From Iphione sp. A-MEVVRFRX5 (Eukaryota): a DNA stretch of 64,000 nt. Positions within the stretch are counted from its first letter, which is position 1. Every line of letters starts with the position of its first letter. The stretch lies in assembly GCA_976226885.1 (NCBI GenBank), contig OZ320317.1, positions 81,902,001-81,966,000 on the forward strand, in the 5' to 3' direction. Below are positions 1-13,180 of the stretch, in pieces. Both the position numbers and the translations under genes were made by a program. The notes beneath the pieces were generated by a model. That model ran no database searches. It saw only the letters and a program-made list of their open reading frames with translations, and was not told the origin of the DNA.

Positions 1-1169
1 TCGATATCTCTGGGAAAAGGAAACCTGCTCGAGATGGATGAGGTCAAACCCTTTTTGGTGATGTGATACGACACGAGACCACATAGCACGGGCTAGCTCG
101 AGCGTGAAAGGTATAAATTGAAAATTGTCCAAAGGGGGGAGGAGCTAGGCCCGGGCTGAGTTGTGGCAGCTTGTCTTCTTGTACTGCTGTGGACATTGCA
201 GTGGGTAAAGAATTCTCCATATCACGCATTTGGTTCATTTTGCTGGAGCAAACGCCCTGGGGGCCATGGTGGAGAGGTTTAAGCAAAGCAAAGCTTCCAT
301 CGATGCGAATATACATGTACATGTGATTATACACTTCTAGATGCCAAAGCAGTTATGGCTGATAACGGCACAGAGAACCTTTCTCAGCAGAGGACTGATA
401 TACATGAAAGGAAGATGCAACCGCCTTTTACGACCACTTTTTGGTAAAAATCATCATCGCAAATGATAGCTAAATATTATACTGTTGTTAAAGATGTTAC
501 CTTTTTTTATCGTACATACACTTCATTTTAATGTTTTGGTTTCTATGTGGATGTTTTTTTCAGTGTTTTCGCGCGATATTGTTAGATAAGAAATCAATAC
601 ATTTTGCTCTACTGTACGTAACTACCAAGCCCTTATAAACCCCTACTTATCATTCTGTCTTCATCATCCTGGAAGTACAAAAAACCAATAATTGATGAAA
701 TCGTCAAATTCAATCATATCCTTCACCTAAACTAGAGAAGAAACTCCCATTCGACCTCATTTGATCCAGCATATATACATGTATTGTCATTATATTGTCA
801 AAATAACTGCAACAAGGAACAGTGCAAGAACTGATCATGTCAAACAATAACGGAAGCTTGTATCATTATCCCCTGTTCTTTCTTCATTATCATTCTACGT
901 TTCGCGTACTGTATTTCACTTACTTCATCATTTTCACATTAAGCCCAACAAAAAAATGTGTTTCCGGCAATCCGATGGACTATACATTAGAGCCGATTGC
1001 AACTTTTTTTCCTTTTATGAATATCTTCACAATGAATAAGAATAGAAATATGTACTACACAGCAAATTGTTTCTTGGACTTCCTTCCACTAACTTTCATA
1101 TGTTATGGATTTTATTAACATCAAAGTGCCAGAAGTGACAATACTATGCTTGACAAGATCTGGTTAACA

Positions 1170-1269
1170 TTTTATAGGAAAATTTGTTAGGTGGAAAAAA
1201 ATAAAAGCTGTAATCGACTGGCCCCACATTTTTTCAGTATATTACCGGAAACAAATATTTTTTTACACC
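1170..1269. mobile_element. Right-hand fragment of the Harbinger-like MITE family
   Basis: ATTACCGGAAACAAATATTTTTTTACACC followed by TTA resembles the right terminal inverted repeat (TIR) of the copies at 9.1, 33.8 and 44.4 kb. No left end found; start is approximate. Confidence 0.5.
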
Positions 1270-4252
1270 TTACAATAATTTGGCTTCAAGTTGTATTGTC
1301 TTGAAACTTAAAGCTCCCACGAATAAAAGAGAAAAGAAAAACGGTTTGTATTCTTTTATTTGTGACTTGCATTATTAACATGCATGTACTCATAACTATG
1401 GGATAAAATGCAAAGTTAATTTTGAAACTAGGAAATACTGTCGAGAGTATAAGCTAAAGTAATTGAAAAAACTAAGGGTTGCTGTTTAGAATTCCGACCA
1501 ACGGACTAATATATAATAAGATTTTATTGGATTCGGAAAAACTGGCCTTGAATATATCCTATAGTGAATGCAAAAACACAGCTATAATTACAGTTTTAGT
1601 CCTTTTACTCTAAACAACGATACTGTTGTCTTTTTAATGTTTTCAAAGGCTCTGTGGTTATTTGTCAAAAATCAATCTGTACCAACTGACTTCCGGAGCT
1701 TGAACTACCTAACACAGGCTCCGGTCGCAATCATCATGGGCCGAATAAGACAGTCAAAAACAGTCGCAATCATATATCTCATCTTAAGATTAAGCTTCGT
1801 AAGAGGGATTTTTCATTCATTTTCAAATGAAAACCCACAGTGCGGGTTCTTTCAAAGCAGCCACGTACGCCCCAGACGCTATTAATGATTGACATTCCTT
1901 CATAAAATTGACGTTGATACAGTAAATAGTATACATATACATACACTAACCTTTATATTAGTATCCTACAGTCTGTTTTTGCATCTTATAAACTATGTCG
2001 AAGAAGCGTAGAACAATATAAATCCTATATATGCATATCGCACATGACTTTTACTTGGTGTCGAAATATCTATGCTGAATTTTATCCAAATGTCAACGTA
2101 AGTATTATGGCTCATTAACAGATAAGACAACTGAGGCTAATAGATATAATTTTCAGTCTCTTTACCATAGGTAAATGGCAATACAATTGCAGACATTTAA
2201 TATTTCTAGAGGATTTGTTTTGAATGTGCATAATTGCCTAATATTTACCATGCTATATCTTATTCCCCACCTATAGATATAAGAATGTGGCATCATTGAA
2301 TTAAATTTCCATATAATTCCGACCTAAGAAATATTATATATGCACCAATTTTAACAAGAGTCAGCGTGGGTTTGAACAACACTCAGATTCTACACTAGAC
2401 AGTTATATCGGAAATATCCCGTAGATGTAAAACAAGATACATATATATATATATATCAAAACATGTAGAATAATATCACAATGACAAATGTATGGTTTCT
2501 ATACTATCACAATAGCCATTTCCCTTTTATATGTAAAGGAACCAAAAACACCATTTGCGAGGCTTACTTGACAATGAGTGTTAAAAGATTAAGATTGGTC
2601 TCCTCCTCTGCCACTGAGTTCTTGAGAAGACAGACATAATTCGTAGGGTATTAGTATACAGATGTTGTTGGTAGCATAAATAGTGATATTAATGAAGGAA
2701 CTCGCTCCGCAAAGACCTAATCTTCAGACGCAAAGTAATATTTGCCAGGGTGTTTTTTATACGCCATGTACAACAACTGTGTATTTATTACTTTTACTCT
2801 TGCTGAGATCGGATTTCTTGTCACTCGCTCTTTGCTGGCAATGGTATAAACAATATTGGACATTCGACACGGTCTGAAATATGAAAATAGAAGTCGGGGA
2901 TGCTTTGGCGCGGCTTCTGAGGTCAGCAATGCTGCCAAAAGAAGAGGAAGACATTTTATCATCGGCAAGCTCGTTGTTCTATCGATTGATTACAGGTTCT
3001 ACTGGATGTCGTTCAGATATTCTGCAAGTCATTCTCTCTCTCTCTCGACTCGGACATATTTTATACAGTACAATGCCATGCAAGACGAAGATAGCTTTTT
3101 GCAGCTCGGCTGTTTTTTTCTGATCACTTGCATGCGTATGCCACTATACAATGAGGCATACAAAGATAAACTCCATTCTTGTTGGCGTTCTTTAATCTTT
3201 CTGAGACGATGGTTGTTTCTGTTTGATGTGAGCTTACCACAGTGTGTACACATGCCCACTACACTTGCATTAAATTCAGGCCAGATATAAACGTCCATGA
3301 AAAAAAATTCAGTCGTCTCGCAACATTCCTGGCGGACTTAAAATGGGTGGAAAATATGTTGCATGACACGGACAGGAATACTGATAATCGGAAGCTACCT
3401 TCAAGAAAATTACGCCCCAAAAATGTAACATGCTATTCGGATGTATTCATTAATGTACGTATTGGACAATGCCTTGAACGGTGTGCCGAATCTTTGCCTT
3501 GGACGATCTGGTGCAGAGATAAACCGCCCTTGTGGCAGCCGCACTGGCAAGTTGAGGATGCTCAACTGCTTGAAGGTAACGTTAGCACGGTGGCAGTGGC
3601 TGCTGATACATGATCGTTTCGGAATGAGAAATGTAGCAAGTTCCAAATCCAAAAGATCCATCCCAATCTGAACAGTAATTCCCTCTGTTTCTCCTACCAT
3701 ATATAGCAGTAATTCTGTCTAACTGTATCATGCCTTGCCGAAACTATTCTGTTTACTGACGCGGGGCAGGCCTGTTAGAAAAGCTAACTTCAAAATGAAA
3801 TAAAGGCTTCTCATCAGCACTCTACATCATAAAGGATGGACCGGTTCAACTTAATCTGCAGATTTCTCACTGATAAAAAGCGGTGTTTTTTTGTAATAGG
3901 CGTGAATGATCACTTCTATCAGGCGATACGAAAAAAAAACTATACACTTAATTGAACTATGCCATGATGTCAATGTACGCACGCCTTTAATGTCACAATC
4001 CCGCTGGAAGCTTCAGATTACCTGACCTAGTTCATTATGTTGGAGGACAGAGATCCCACACTATACAGATTATTTCCCTTTCAAAATGTTTTGCGACCTT
4101 TTCACACCGTCTTGTTTCTCCTCTCTGACAAAACCACGCAACATTTGTCTACAAATGACCGACATTATAGAACAATTGCTGAAAGCGGATGGAACGGAAA
4201 AAAAGACTACTGTATGTATAATGTCATCTGCTCATGTGTCTAAGCCGCTTAC

Positions 4253-4299
4253 CTTGGGATAATTAATTGTCCGGCCTATACTCACGTTCCGTGGATGCA
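4253..4299 (-). other. Candidate internal exon (47 nt, or 14 nt using an inner donor), product unknown
   Basis: Minus-strand acceptor ATCTTTCTTCTATCTGCAG. Two donors: GTGAGT after 4286 and AAG|GTAAGC after 4253. No recognisable peptide. Confidence 0.2.
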
Positions 4300-4412
4300 C
4301 TGCAGATAGAAGAAAGATGGCGGTTAAGAACCCACTGTCGCGGATAGGCATGGATAATCATTTGTGTACATGGCGGCGTGAGGATGGTCGTATTTTTTCA
4401 GAGTTCCCCATA

Positions 4413-4594
4413 CCGTGGACACCCTCTTAAAGACCAACTCACAGAAAAGATCAACCCAGGGGAGAGACTAATATCATCCAGTCCCAAACCACCTGTTCAC
4501 ATCAGAAATTAACTCCCAAAGAAGACCAACCCTGGGGAAAGACTATTTAAGATCCTTCAGCCCCCAAGTTGGTCCCCTAGGCCAGTTTTGACTG
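4413..4594. mobile_element. Degenerate Tc1/mariner-like MITE
   Basis: Left end TA|CCGTGGACACCCTCTTAAAGACCAAC and right end GTTGGTCCCCTAGGCCAGTTTTGACTG|TG form an imperfect TIR pair of the CAGT..ACTG type. Internal AGACCAACC words recur. Confidence 0.45.
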
Positions 4595-4710
4595 TGTCTG
4601 GGCAATACAGTCCTTACTGATAAGACTTTATGATGAATTAACTCAGAAATGAACAGGAAAAAGGGGGAGGATATAAGGATGTTCTTCAGCCGAAGCCTCT
4701 ACACACTTAC

Positions 4711-4747
4711 CTTCATTTGTTCACTGCATTCCACGACATCACGACTT
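4711..4747 (-). other. Candidate 37-nt exon (SRDVVECSEQMK), product unknown
   Basis: Minus strand CTTATCCTAG|...AAG|GTAAGT with one open frame. Confidence 0.2.
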
Positions 4748-7137
4748 CTAGGATAAGCTTTACGGATATGAGCCTTACGGATATCTATGATGTCGATAAA
4801 ACTAGGCTTTTCTCCTGACGAGATCATGTCTCTTATGCAATCTTATGGAGCATTTTGCACGGAGAACTAAGGAGGCTCCATTGTCTGCCTGTTTGTCAAC
4901 AGGAGTAGGACTTTCTGAATGTCCTCCTTATTGGAAAGCCAACAAACCCTAGGTGCGCCTGAAAGATGGACATTACCAGACGATCAGTAGCTTGGAAGGC
5001 TAACAAGAAGGCTTTGAGCTTTGAGAACTGTCTCATATCCTTCATCAAGAGAAAGAAATATGTTTGTGTGTGGCGGGGGAGGGGGTGTAGGGTTACCATA
5101 TAGCCTTCACATCTCAGGAACATCTAGTTGACCCATATAATGGTTCATAAGTCCGTGTCTATACCATCAGTGTCTTCTAGCTCCTGACTAAGGGGACCAT
5201 TCCCTGAACAAAGAAAGATGCACGAGAGGACACAGCTACACCTTGTGATCAGTCTTGCTAACCCCCTGCTAGTCCCAGGCAAAGATACCCTACCCACAGC
5301 GAAACTAGTGAGTGTCACGATGTCCGTCAGCCAGGATAACACATAGTGCAGTTCAGAGGTGTGTCCACACGTTTAAATGACTATCATGGAAGTGTAGAGA
5401 CTAAGTCTCTAACCAGATTCAATCTCAGTTCAGGGTCAGGTTTGCAGCTCAGACCTTGTCCTGTCGGAATTAGCAGGTTTCCATGTGATTTAAAAGTTCA
5501 CTCAATATGTATGTTTCACTCGGACAGACATACTATCTTTCAAATAAGGGATTAATGGTTTATACATAACCATGCTTAAGGGCAGAGAGATAGGGCAAGA
5601 CAGAGAGAAAAACAGACGGACACACGCAGACAGACAGATAAACAGGCCGAAACTGACATGAAATTTGAAATGATTTTTAGTCTAGTCATTCAATTGTGTA
5701 CATGCCTTTCAGTTTATCATATTGATCTAGTCACTTTGCAGTAGTACATGAATATGTACACACCAGACTGATGTTAAGGTGTGCCGACTGAAACTGCATG
5801 CTTTTCATATAATAGTGTTCAAAGAGTAGCCTTGCTTCTCTAAATTGCTTCCTAAAATGAATTCTGCTGAGGGTACCATGTTACGTGAATGCTGAGTGGA
5901 ACCCATTTGTCATAGAGAGCAGTGTAATGAAGGTAATGAAGGTAATGACAAAGGTGCCGAGTGTCGTGTAAGCATATGAGGCTGTCCTATTTGTTTAACA
6001 CCATAGATGGATATAACTTGGTAATCTAATACGTATACGTAATTACTACAATCGCTGCTGGCATTGATTATTTCAAATAATTTTCCTGACAAAGGGTTAT
6101 CACTGCAATAAACTAGCTTAGTTGTACAGGCTTCAGAATCGTATGATTTATATACCGGTTGTTTCCTTCTGTTGCATGGAATCATTATATTTGTTATCAG
6201 GTCCGGAACAGAGTTCATTCTGACAATTCGTTTGTCGATGAATGGACATAATTGTATAATTAATTTTGTCCACATCAAACTACTCTTGCATTCTATGCTA
6301 TGTGTGCTACTCCAAGGATTATACAATAATGATATTAGATTTTTTAAATGTGCTATGACTTAAAATACTTGTAAATAGAACATATGCATTCCTCATTTTA
6401 CTCTGTAACATACCAACTTGCAATATTGACAGAGATGCTTTAGGGTACGTTTCATCAGCGTGTTTGGCACATTTGCCAATTTTATCCACAATAGAATATC
6501 AAACGGAATGGGGTCCTAAGTGCTAATAGCTAATTCTAATAAACTCGCTCTCGAGCCAATTGGAAGGTCGCTTTGGTCAGTCATGCGGATTCAAGTGGAA
6601 TGTGTTTGGACCAACAAGTATATATCTGTATGTCATCTTTATAAAAAGTAACCAAATTGTCAAACTGTCGAATTATAATTGCTCGTAAAGCTTTCCAATT
6701 CTTCCTGGTGAGAAAAATTTATTCTTATGAACCATGTTTTGGGACCCAATTCATTTCCAAAATGTTAGGAAGGTCATGATAAAATCTTCCTGCATTTTCA
6801 TCTTCCGCCTAAAGTATTTATTGGAATAATGACTATGGTGCTATCACAAAATAATGGATCTTTTTTTCAGTCAGCATTTAATAGCCTGTTTCATTCTTTC
6901 AATGAATATCTTGCAGAAACCTTCAAACCACTTTTATCTGTTATTTAAACGTACAGGGTTCGAACTTAACACAACCCTACTGATCGTTTGGCGTGGGCCA
7001 TCTTTTGTATCAATTTGAATATTTTTTTCCTCGGTAATCAATATTTTTCTGCTCAAACCAAGTTTTCAAGCAGTGATCCTGACAAATTAGTCCCACCATC
7101 CTTACTTTGGGACGTACATAGATATTCCATATGATTA

Positions 7138-7462
7138 GGCCAAAAAATATAGGTATGTTTCTGGTAAACGCCCCCCCCCCACTACCTAGTAAAACCTTAC
7201 CCTACCTAAAAAAATTTTGGCCCCCAAGAGTTTCCAAAGCTGGATTTCCTTAGATACGTGTTTTCAAAGCATATGTTTTTAGTAAATTCAGTAGAAAACA
7301 ACAAAATCCATGGAAATTCAGCAAAGAACTGTAAAACTAATTCAAATTGGTTAAAATTCTTGAAATTGTCTTCATTATTATTGAAAACCACAGGAAGAAA
7401 GTTGAAAAAAACTACCTAGATTTTTGGCTGCCGTTACCACAAACACACCTACTTTTTTGGCC
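7138..7462. mobile_element. PIF/Harbinger-like MITE, complete
   Basis: TIRs GGCCAAAAAATATAGGTATGTTTCTGGTAA and TTACCACAAACACACCTACTTTTTTGGCC, flanked by TTA and ATA. The interior aligns by eye with 23349-23658. TWA target duplication with GGC termini is characteristic of Harbinger elements. Confidence 0.75.
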
Positions 7463-7470
7463 ATATAACC

Positions 7471-7516
7471 CCTTGGTGCCTGATGAGACCAAAAAGGTTG
7501 AAACCATAGCAACAGG
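7471..7516 (+). ncRNA. Decayed type I hammerhead ribozyme-like motif
   Basis: CCTTGGTGC-CTGATGA-GACC-AAAAA-GGTT-GAAA-CC-ATA-GCAACAGG. Core boxes are present, stem II has 4 bp with a closing G.U, and stem I pairs 7 of 8. Stem III is collapsed. Confidence 0.5.
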
Positions 7517-8629
7517 ACATTTCCCCTCCCCAACCGAATAACTATATAATTAAACCCTTTATGAAGAGGGGAGATGAGAGGAATATAACTCTGCAGTCAA
7601 TGAATGACACCCAAGTACAGTCACTGGGAGGACACATGGAATTACTTTCTGGAGTCCAGTTTTCAGAACAGGATCTAAGGTGTCTAGGCTGTATTCATGG
7701 GAAGGTAACACCCCATGATAGAGATTGCAGGCCTGCCCTGGGGTTCTACACTGGATTACCATGTTCAAAACAACACACTAAGCTTTCTGGTTAACAAAAA
7801 ACGGTCCGGATGAGAATTCCCACGAGCGTGGTTCACCTAGATGACCTCTGTTCAAAAACATTTAGTTCTAACTTTGGGCTCATAAAAAGTTGAAAACCTA
7901 AACAATTAAAGGCTTTTGTACACCTACGATGTCTGATATCAGTTTCTCCGATTTCATTTGCACTTCCTATACAGTCTGCTATAATCAGACAGCAGTCGAT
8001 ATTTCAATGGAGCGTCGAAATAACAGGGTAACACTAGTCGGGGTGACTCAGTTGCAGAATCCTTGTAGTGATTTAAATTACAATATACCGAAACGCTGGA
8101 AAACAAATTCTTCCTTCCCTATTTTACTTGGTGGTGTTTAGTTTTACTCGCGACTACGTCGGGTCTTCTGCATATTTCTTGCTTATCTCAATTCATCTAA
8201 ACCTACATCGTTTCACCCGTGAAACATAGCATCCAGAATAGGAACCTGGGCGAGGTATCTCATATCCAAGTTCTATGCTTGCCTCGAGCAGTACACACCT
8301 TTTTGCGGACACGTTGAAAACCTTTCATTTATTAATAAGAGCTATGGTTTTGGAGCAGTATTTTGGACTTGAAATAACTCATCTTATGAATACGTACCGT
8401 GTCATTGAATCAGCCTCTGATGAAATGAATCCAATACTGGTAACCTTTTTTGGTAGGCTCAAAACGTTTATGTACGAATCATTTTTTTTACGCTGCTTTA
8501 AGAACAAATAAGTACTTGATCATATAAAGAGAACTTGCAACAGCAAATAAGAAGATACCTTTATTATATTATCTATGATGCATCAGCAATTTCATTGGTT
8601 TGTACAACGTGGAGGGAACACTGAAGCAA

Positions 8630-9130
8630 GGCCTAAACCTAAAATATCTGTTTTTCTGGTGACCAGACCGACCCTACTTTTTCTCCTACTGGAACATTTT
8701 ATTTTATTATGTTTTGTTAATATTTTTTAATGAATCGTGATAGAGACATGTGCAATACCTCATTGTGTTGCTTACATTGTTAGCTACCATGTGATATACG
8801 TGCCATTAAAATCCAAGTAGTATAACCTATGTCACTATACACAATGGAACCTCTCTACTGCAGACAGCAAAGGGACTGACCAAAAGTGTCCATAAAGAGG
8901 GGTGTCGCAGGGATATTTAAACATGCCTATATAGATTGTTTCCAATTTGTATGTAATATGAGGTGACCTTATAGCAGGTGTCCTCAGTAGAGGGGTTCTA
9001 CTGTATCTTTCTACCTTTGAGCATGAATTAGCATTTAAAAAGAAAAAATAGCAAAAAAATGTACCACCAACCTACCGACCCTCTAGATTTTCAGCTTATT
9101 ACCGGAAACAAAGAACTCTTTTTTTAGACC
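8630..9130. mobile_element. PIF/Harbinger-like MITE carrying a nested insertion
   Basis: Left GGCCTAAACCTAAAATATCTGTTTTTCTGGTGA and right TTACCGGAAACAAAGAACTCTTTTTTTAGACC|TAA. Internal CCGACC(C)TAC-like words are shared with other copies. Confidence 0.7.
8842..9003. mobile_element. Tc1/mariner-like MITE nested in the Harbinger-like MITE
   Basis: TIRs CAATGGAACCTCTCTACTGCAGACA and GGTGTCCTCAGTAGAGGGGTTCTACTG. Right flank is TA, left flank CA. Confidence 0.7.
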
Positions 9131-12100
9131 TAATGAATGCATGAATACAATGAAATACGTAATACAATCCACATTGGTTGAACTTGGAATACGATTTACA
9201 GGTTTTCCTAGAAGTCACCAACACCTGTTTGCACCTGCGGAATCGTGTGTGATTGGAATGGATAGTATAACGGCAACAAGTGCAGTCTACATTAAGTGGA
9301 AAACAATCCCATTGGCCCATCGGCACCCAGGTACAATCATCCGGCAACCCAGCTACAACACACTCTTTTTTGTCATTTCTGATATCAAAAGGGATTTTCT
9401 ACTAATGAAAATGCATTATTTCTCGACGTGGTTGGAAAACTATATGAAAATCACGTGATTTATTTCTCAACTGCTCAGGGAAGGCTCAATTCAACTGACT
9501 TGTTTGCTTTATATATTCATAATGGGAGTAATATGATAAAGTGACAAGGCTTCCAACTTCTAATGCTGAATGAAAGTACATGTACTTAGATATATTTGAT
9601 ATACATGTGCATCACTCACTGCTCTTTATGAAGGAAAAAGAGCCAGACATCGTCTAAATAATGCAAAGAAGTCACACAACTAACAATTCACTGTTCGATC
9701 AATTCCTGACAGCTTTTCTTAAGGTCTGGGCAAAATAGACAGTAGCATATGAAAGTTCCAGTAGGTTCACTTCTGTCTGGATCGAAACGCCTACTTTAGC
9801 AGGGGGATGATCATAGTGACTCGTCTAATAATACCACTAACCACCAACAACCACCGCCACCACAGCCACTCACTGCGCTGTCGTCGACAAGACTCATTAC
9901 AGCATTGGTGATAATGGGTGCAGCTGTGATTATGATGGAGACCGACTCGACTAACGAATCGCAGCCCACGTGCGGCACGTCCTCCTAGCTCAATGCAAAG
10001 TGTCAAGGAGTCTGCAACACTGCAGGAGCTAAAAGTTAAAAGTACTCGGCGCACACTGCAGTACCCTCGGTCCCCATCTCATTTACTATAGAGGTTGAAT
10101 ATCTTCGCATCCGCAGAATGAAACTATTCGTTACATTTCGCGTTGGAAATTGATACACAGCATTTTCTGTACAGAGAAAGTTTGATAGATTCCGTATTTT
10201 CACATCTGGTCATGGCTTTTCAACAGTTTGTCTCCTGTTGACCGATGAACGCTGGGATATATCATTACAATACCATTAGATAGGGAATAAGGAAATTACC
10301 ATGGTCAGAAACAAAACGATTCGAGTCCTACTAGAAGCGGTGAGCGAGGCAGTGGCTATTTCCCTGACCCTTTCTAACCCGGATGCAAAAACGGGCGGGT
10401 ACTTTGTTGTCTGCTGTAATTCTGCCTGAACAAGAAGACATGACGTCATCTGCTGTTGCCATGATGCAGCCTCCACATGGTTTGAATATTGACCAGGCCA
10501 AGTCAAGTAGGACTAAATGGTCTTGACTCGTATAGGTGTCCATTTTTTGTATGGTACCCACTACTAGTTGTTAAATAAGCATTGAGATTTTCGCTCTATG
10601 TAAATCACACTTTTATTTTGAGATTTAACTTGATTTACGCCGCATTGATTTGGAAACGCAAACACACACTCTTTAGCGCATACCGTTTTGTCCATTCCTG
10701 TTTAACTACAAGCATAAGAATATATGATTAAAAGGAACTAGTTTTCGTTACCTCTCTTTCTATTTTCTCTTGCCCTTGTTGGAAAGCTTTGCTGTATTGT
10801 TCCCTCATTAACGCGCCATGTTGCCGTTGTTAGTACTCTCCCAGCTAATCCTTTACCCTATTACAAGTTTTGACACTCTTACTTTCATATCCATTTCTAG
10901 CTCCCTTTCTCCCATCTAGCTCTCCTTTTTGTATCGGTATCTATGACCTAGCAGGGCCATGTGCACCTTGAAATGTCACGTTCATCTCGTTCGCGCAGTA
11001 GCTAAGCGATTGATAACGAGGCTGGGAGCCGACTGACGGCATGTCGTGGCAATTATTGCGACATTGATTCGTGCATTTATAGCCAACATGCGGCGAGCCT
11101 CGGGAAACAGTTCCTGGCGTTTTTTATGTGCATGGTGGGAGCTTAGGATGTTGCAAATATAGAATATCGATGACGATCAACGTTCCCCTTTAGGCCTCTT
11201 ATCTATAAAATAAAAATAAGCCGAAATAGCGCCCCATGTTGACAATATTGACAGAGACCCTAAAATTACCAGATGCTTCCTCTGCTGCTAGAGTTGTAGG
11301 GTACAAATAGCATAAGATTTGCTATAAACACACTATTTTTCTCAGACTGGGCAAACATCACACGTAGTTGACACTTAACTAATTGTTCCTAGGCAGAATT
11401 AGGTCAGACTGAGAACAAAAGGATAACATCTTTCAGAAGGTGACATTTCCTTTGTCGGAAACAGGGGTTTGTACATCGCCTTTGAATATGCATGGGACTT
11501 TCTCGCCTAAAGTCTTTGTTCATCTCTAGCTGAGCAACCTGAAGACTGCTTCAGAACACAAGTTATATTGCGCTGACACGAATCCTTGGTTGCTCTCTTT
11601 CATCGAGTAGGTTTACTATTTGCTATAGGTTCTCTTGAATTTTGAACTGGATGATGTGAGACAAGATAGGCAGATGGTTGACACCGTAGATACGCAGTTC
11701 GCCTGATAATGCTGTCCTTGAAAGTGAATTTCCTTATTACTTCGCAATTCAAATGTCCTGATGTAAGAAAATATTAATACAAACCTTAGAAGAGAATAGT
11801 GTTACTTTAACTAGTATCTATAGTTGGATGCCCCCAGTGCAGATACTCTTGGTTCATTGCCTGGCTGTCCACCATTACCGGATAATCTGAAAACGAGTGT
11901 CCCTTTTTTCAAAGCTTTTTCATATACATCAAAGAAATATGTATCATTATATAAGAAAGTAAACCCACCGCGCCGATAATGTTAGCATAAAATTATTGTA
12001 TATACATGTATATGTGGCCTGTCGTGCTTCCCATTCCTCTCTTACTGAAATAAATCATCAAGCGTGTCCCCGAGCAAGACCAAGAGCTCACCCTCGTTTC

Positions 12101-12768
12101 TGCCCCATTTAATGCTGAATACCTGCTTCTCTCAGGTAAGTAATGACTTCATTTTGCTGACCTACATGGTTGAACCGTAGACTGATTTTAGTCAATCATA
12201 CTCTGTCAAGGGAATCTAACCTATCACTGGCATTGAGAGTCGGGCTGGCTTACCCAAGCCTGTGAATAGGCGATTTCTGGGACTAGTACGTCAGGCTCAA
12301 GCTATGGAGACTTGTTTCTCTCTCAGTGCTCACTCAGGGAAGTCTATCCTCTGTGACAGACCATCGCAGCTCCCACTTGGGTCTTCAGGATGTCTGCATG
12401 TGACAGTAACAGGTTCGGAACATACAGAGTGACCGTCACAACCACAGCCATATTGCCTGTCCTGAATGTCCTGCTCCGCTAGTGTGTCTGAAACCTTCAC
12501 ACAGTGGATCTACTAGTAATTCTGCTGAGAGTTTATGGTAAATCCTGTACAGCTAGATGGTGCCTTTGTTCTCAAAGCTTAGCAATTTGCAGGAAAAAAG
12601 CATTTCAACCACCATTCTTCTCAACTTTTTGATCGCAGTCTGGCCCGTATACCAGAGTTCCAGGTGAGAACTTCAGCCTTGCTTCAGGTTGGGTACTGTC
12701 CTCGGTTAGTCCAATATTGAGAGTAGCACATCTAGCTCTTTCGTCTGCCCGGTTGTGATCACGGTTAC

Positions 12769-12917
12769 CTTTTCCCTGTCGTTGCTGTTCATTACGCTCT
12801 GGCTCCTGTTCTCGTCCCAAGCACCATATGTTGGGAGGGGGAATCATTATCGCTCCTTCAGAATGGAAAGTTGACTCTTTTGAAATGGTTTTGCTCTTGT
12901 GTTGTCGCATCATTTCT
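12769..12917 (-). other. Candidate 149-nt exon (EMMRQHKSK...EQQRQGK), product unknown
   Basis: Minus strand TATTACTAG|...AAAG|GTAACC; lies within the listed 102-aa ORF 12605-12913. No homology recognised. Confidence 0.2.
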
Positions 12918-13180
12918 CTAGTAATATGATAGGTTCAACGACCAAAAAGATATAGTTAACAATGTTGTCAACATTTTTGGAGGAAGCAGTAAGAACATTA
13001 TTCTAATTTGGTCCGATAGAATTTCAAGTATGGTATTACAATTCGAGATAGGTGGCCTCTTTGAGGAAGAATACATGTATAAATTGGGCTGTGTCAAAAT
13101 GGCGCTTTATGATTCGCTATATAGAAAAGAAACCATGACACATAGTACTTTTTATTTGAAATATACCTGACATATGATAT

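Noticed and set aside
4816-4845. CTGACGA hammerhead core
   Set aside because: No GAAA follows the short stem.
6954-7090. hAT-like MITE starting CAGGGTTCGAAC
   Set aside because: No matching right TIR or 8-bp duplication was found.
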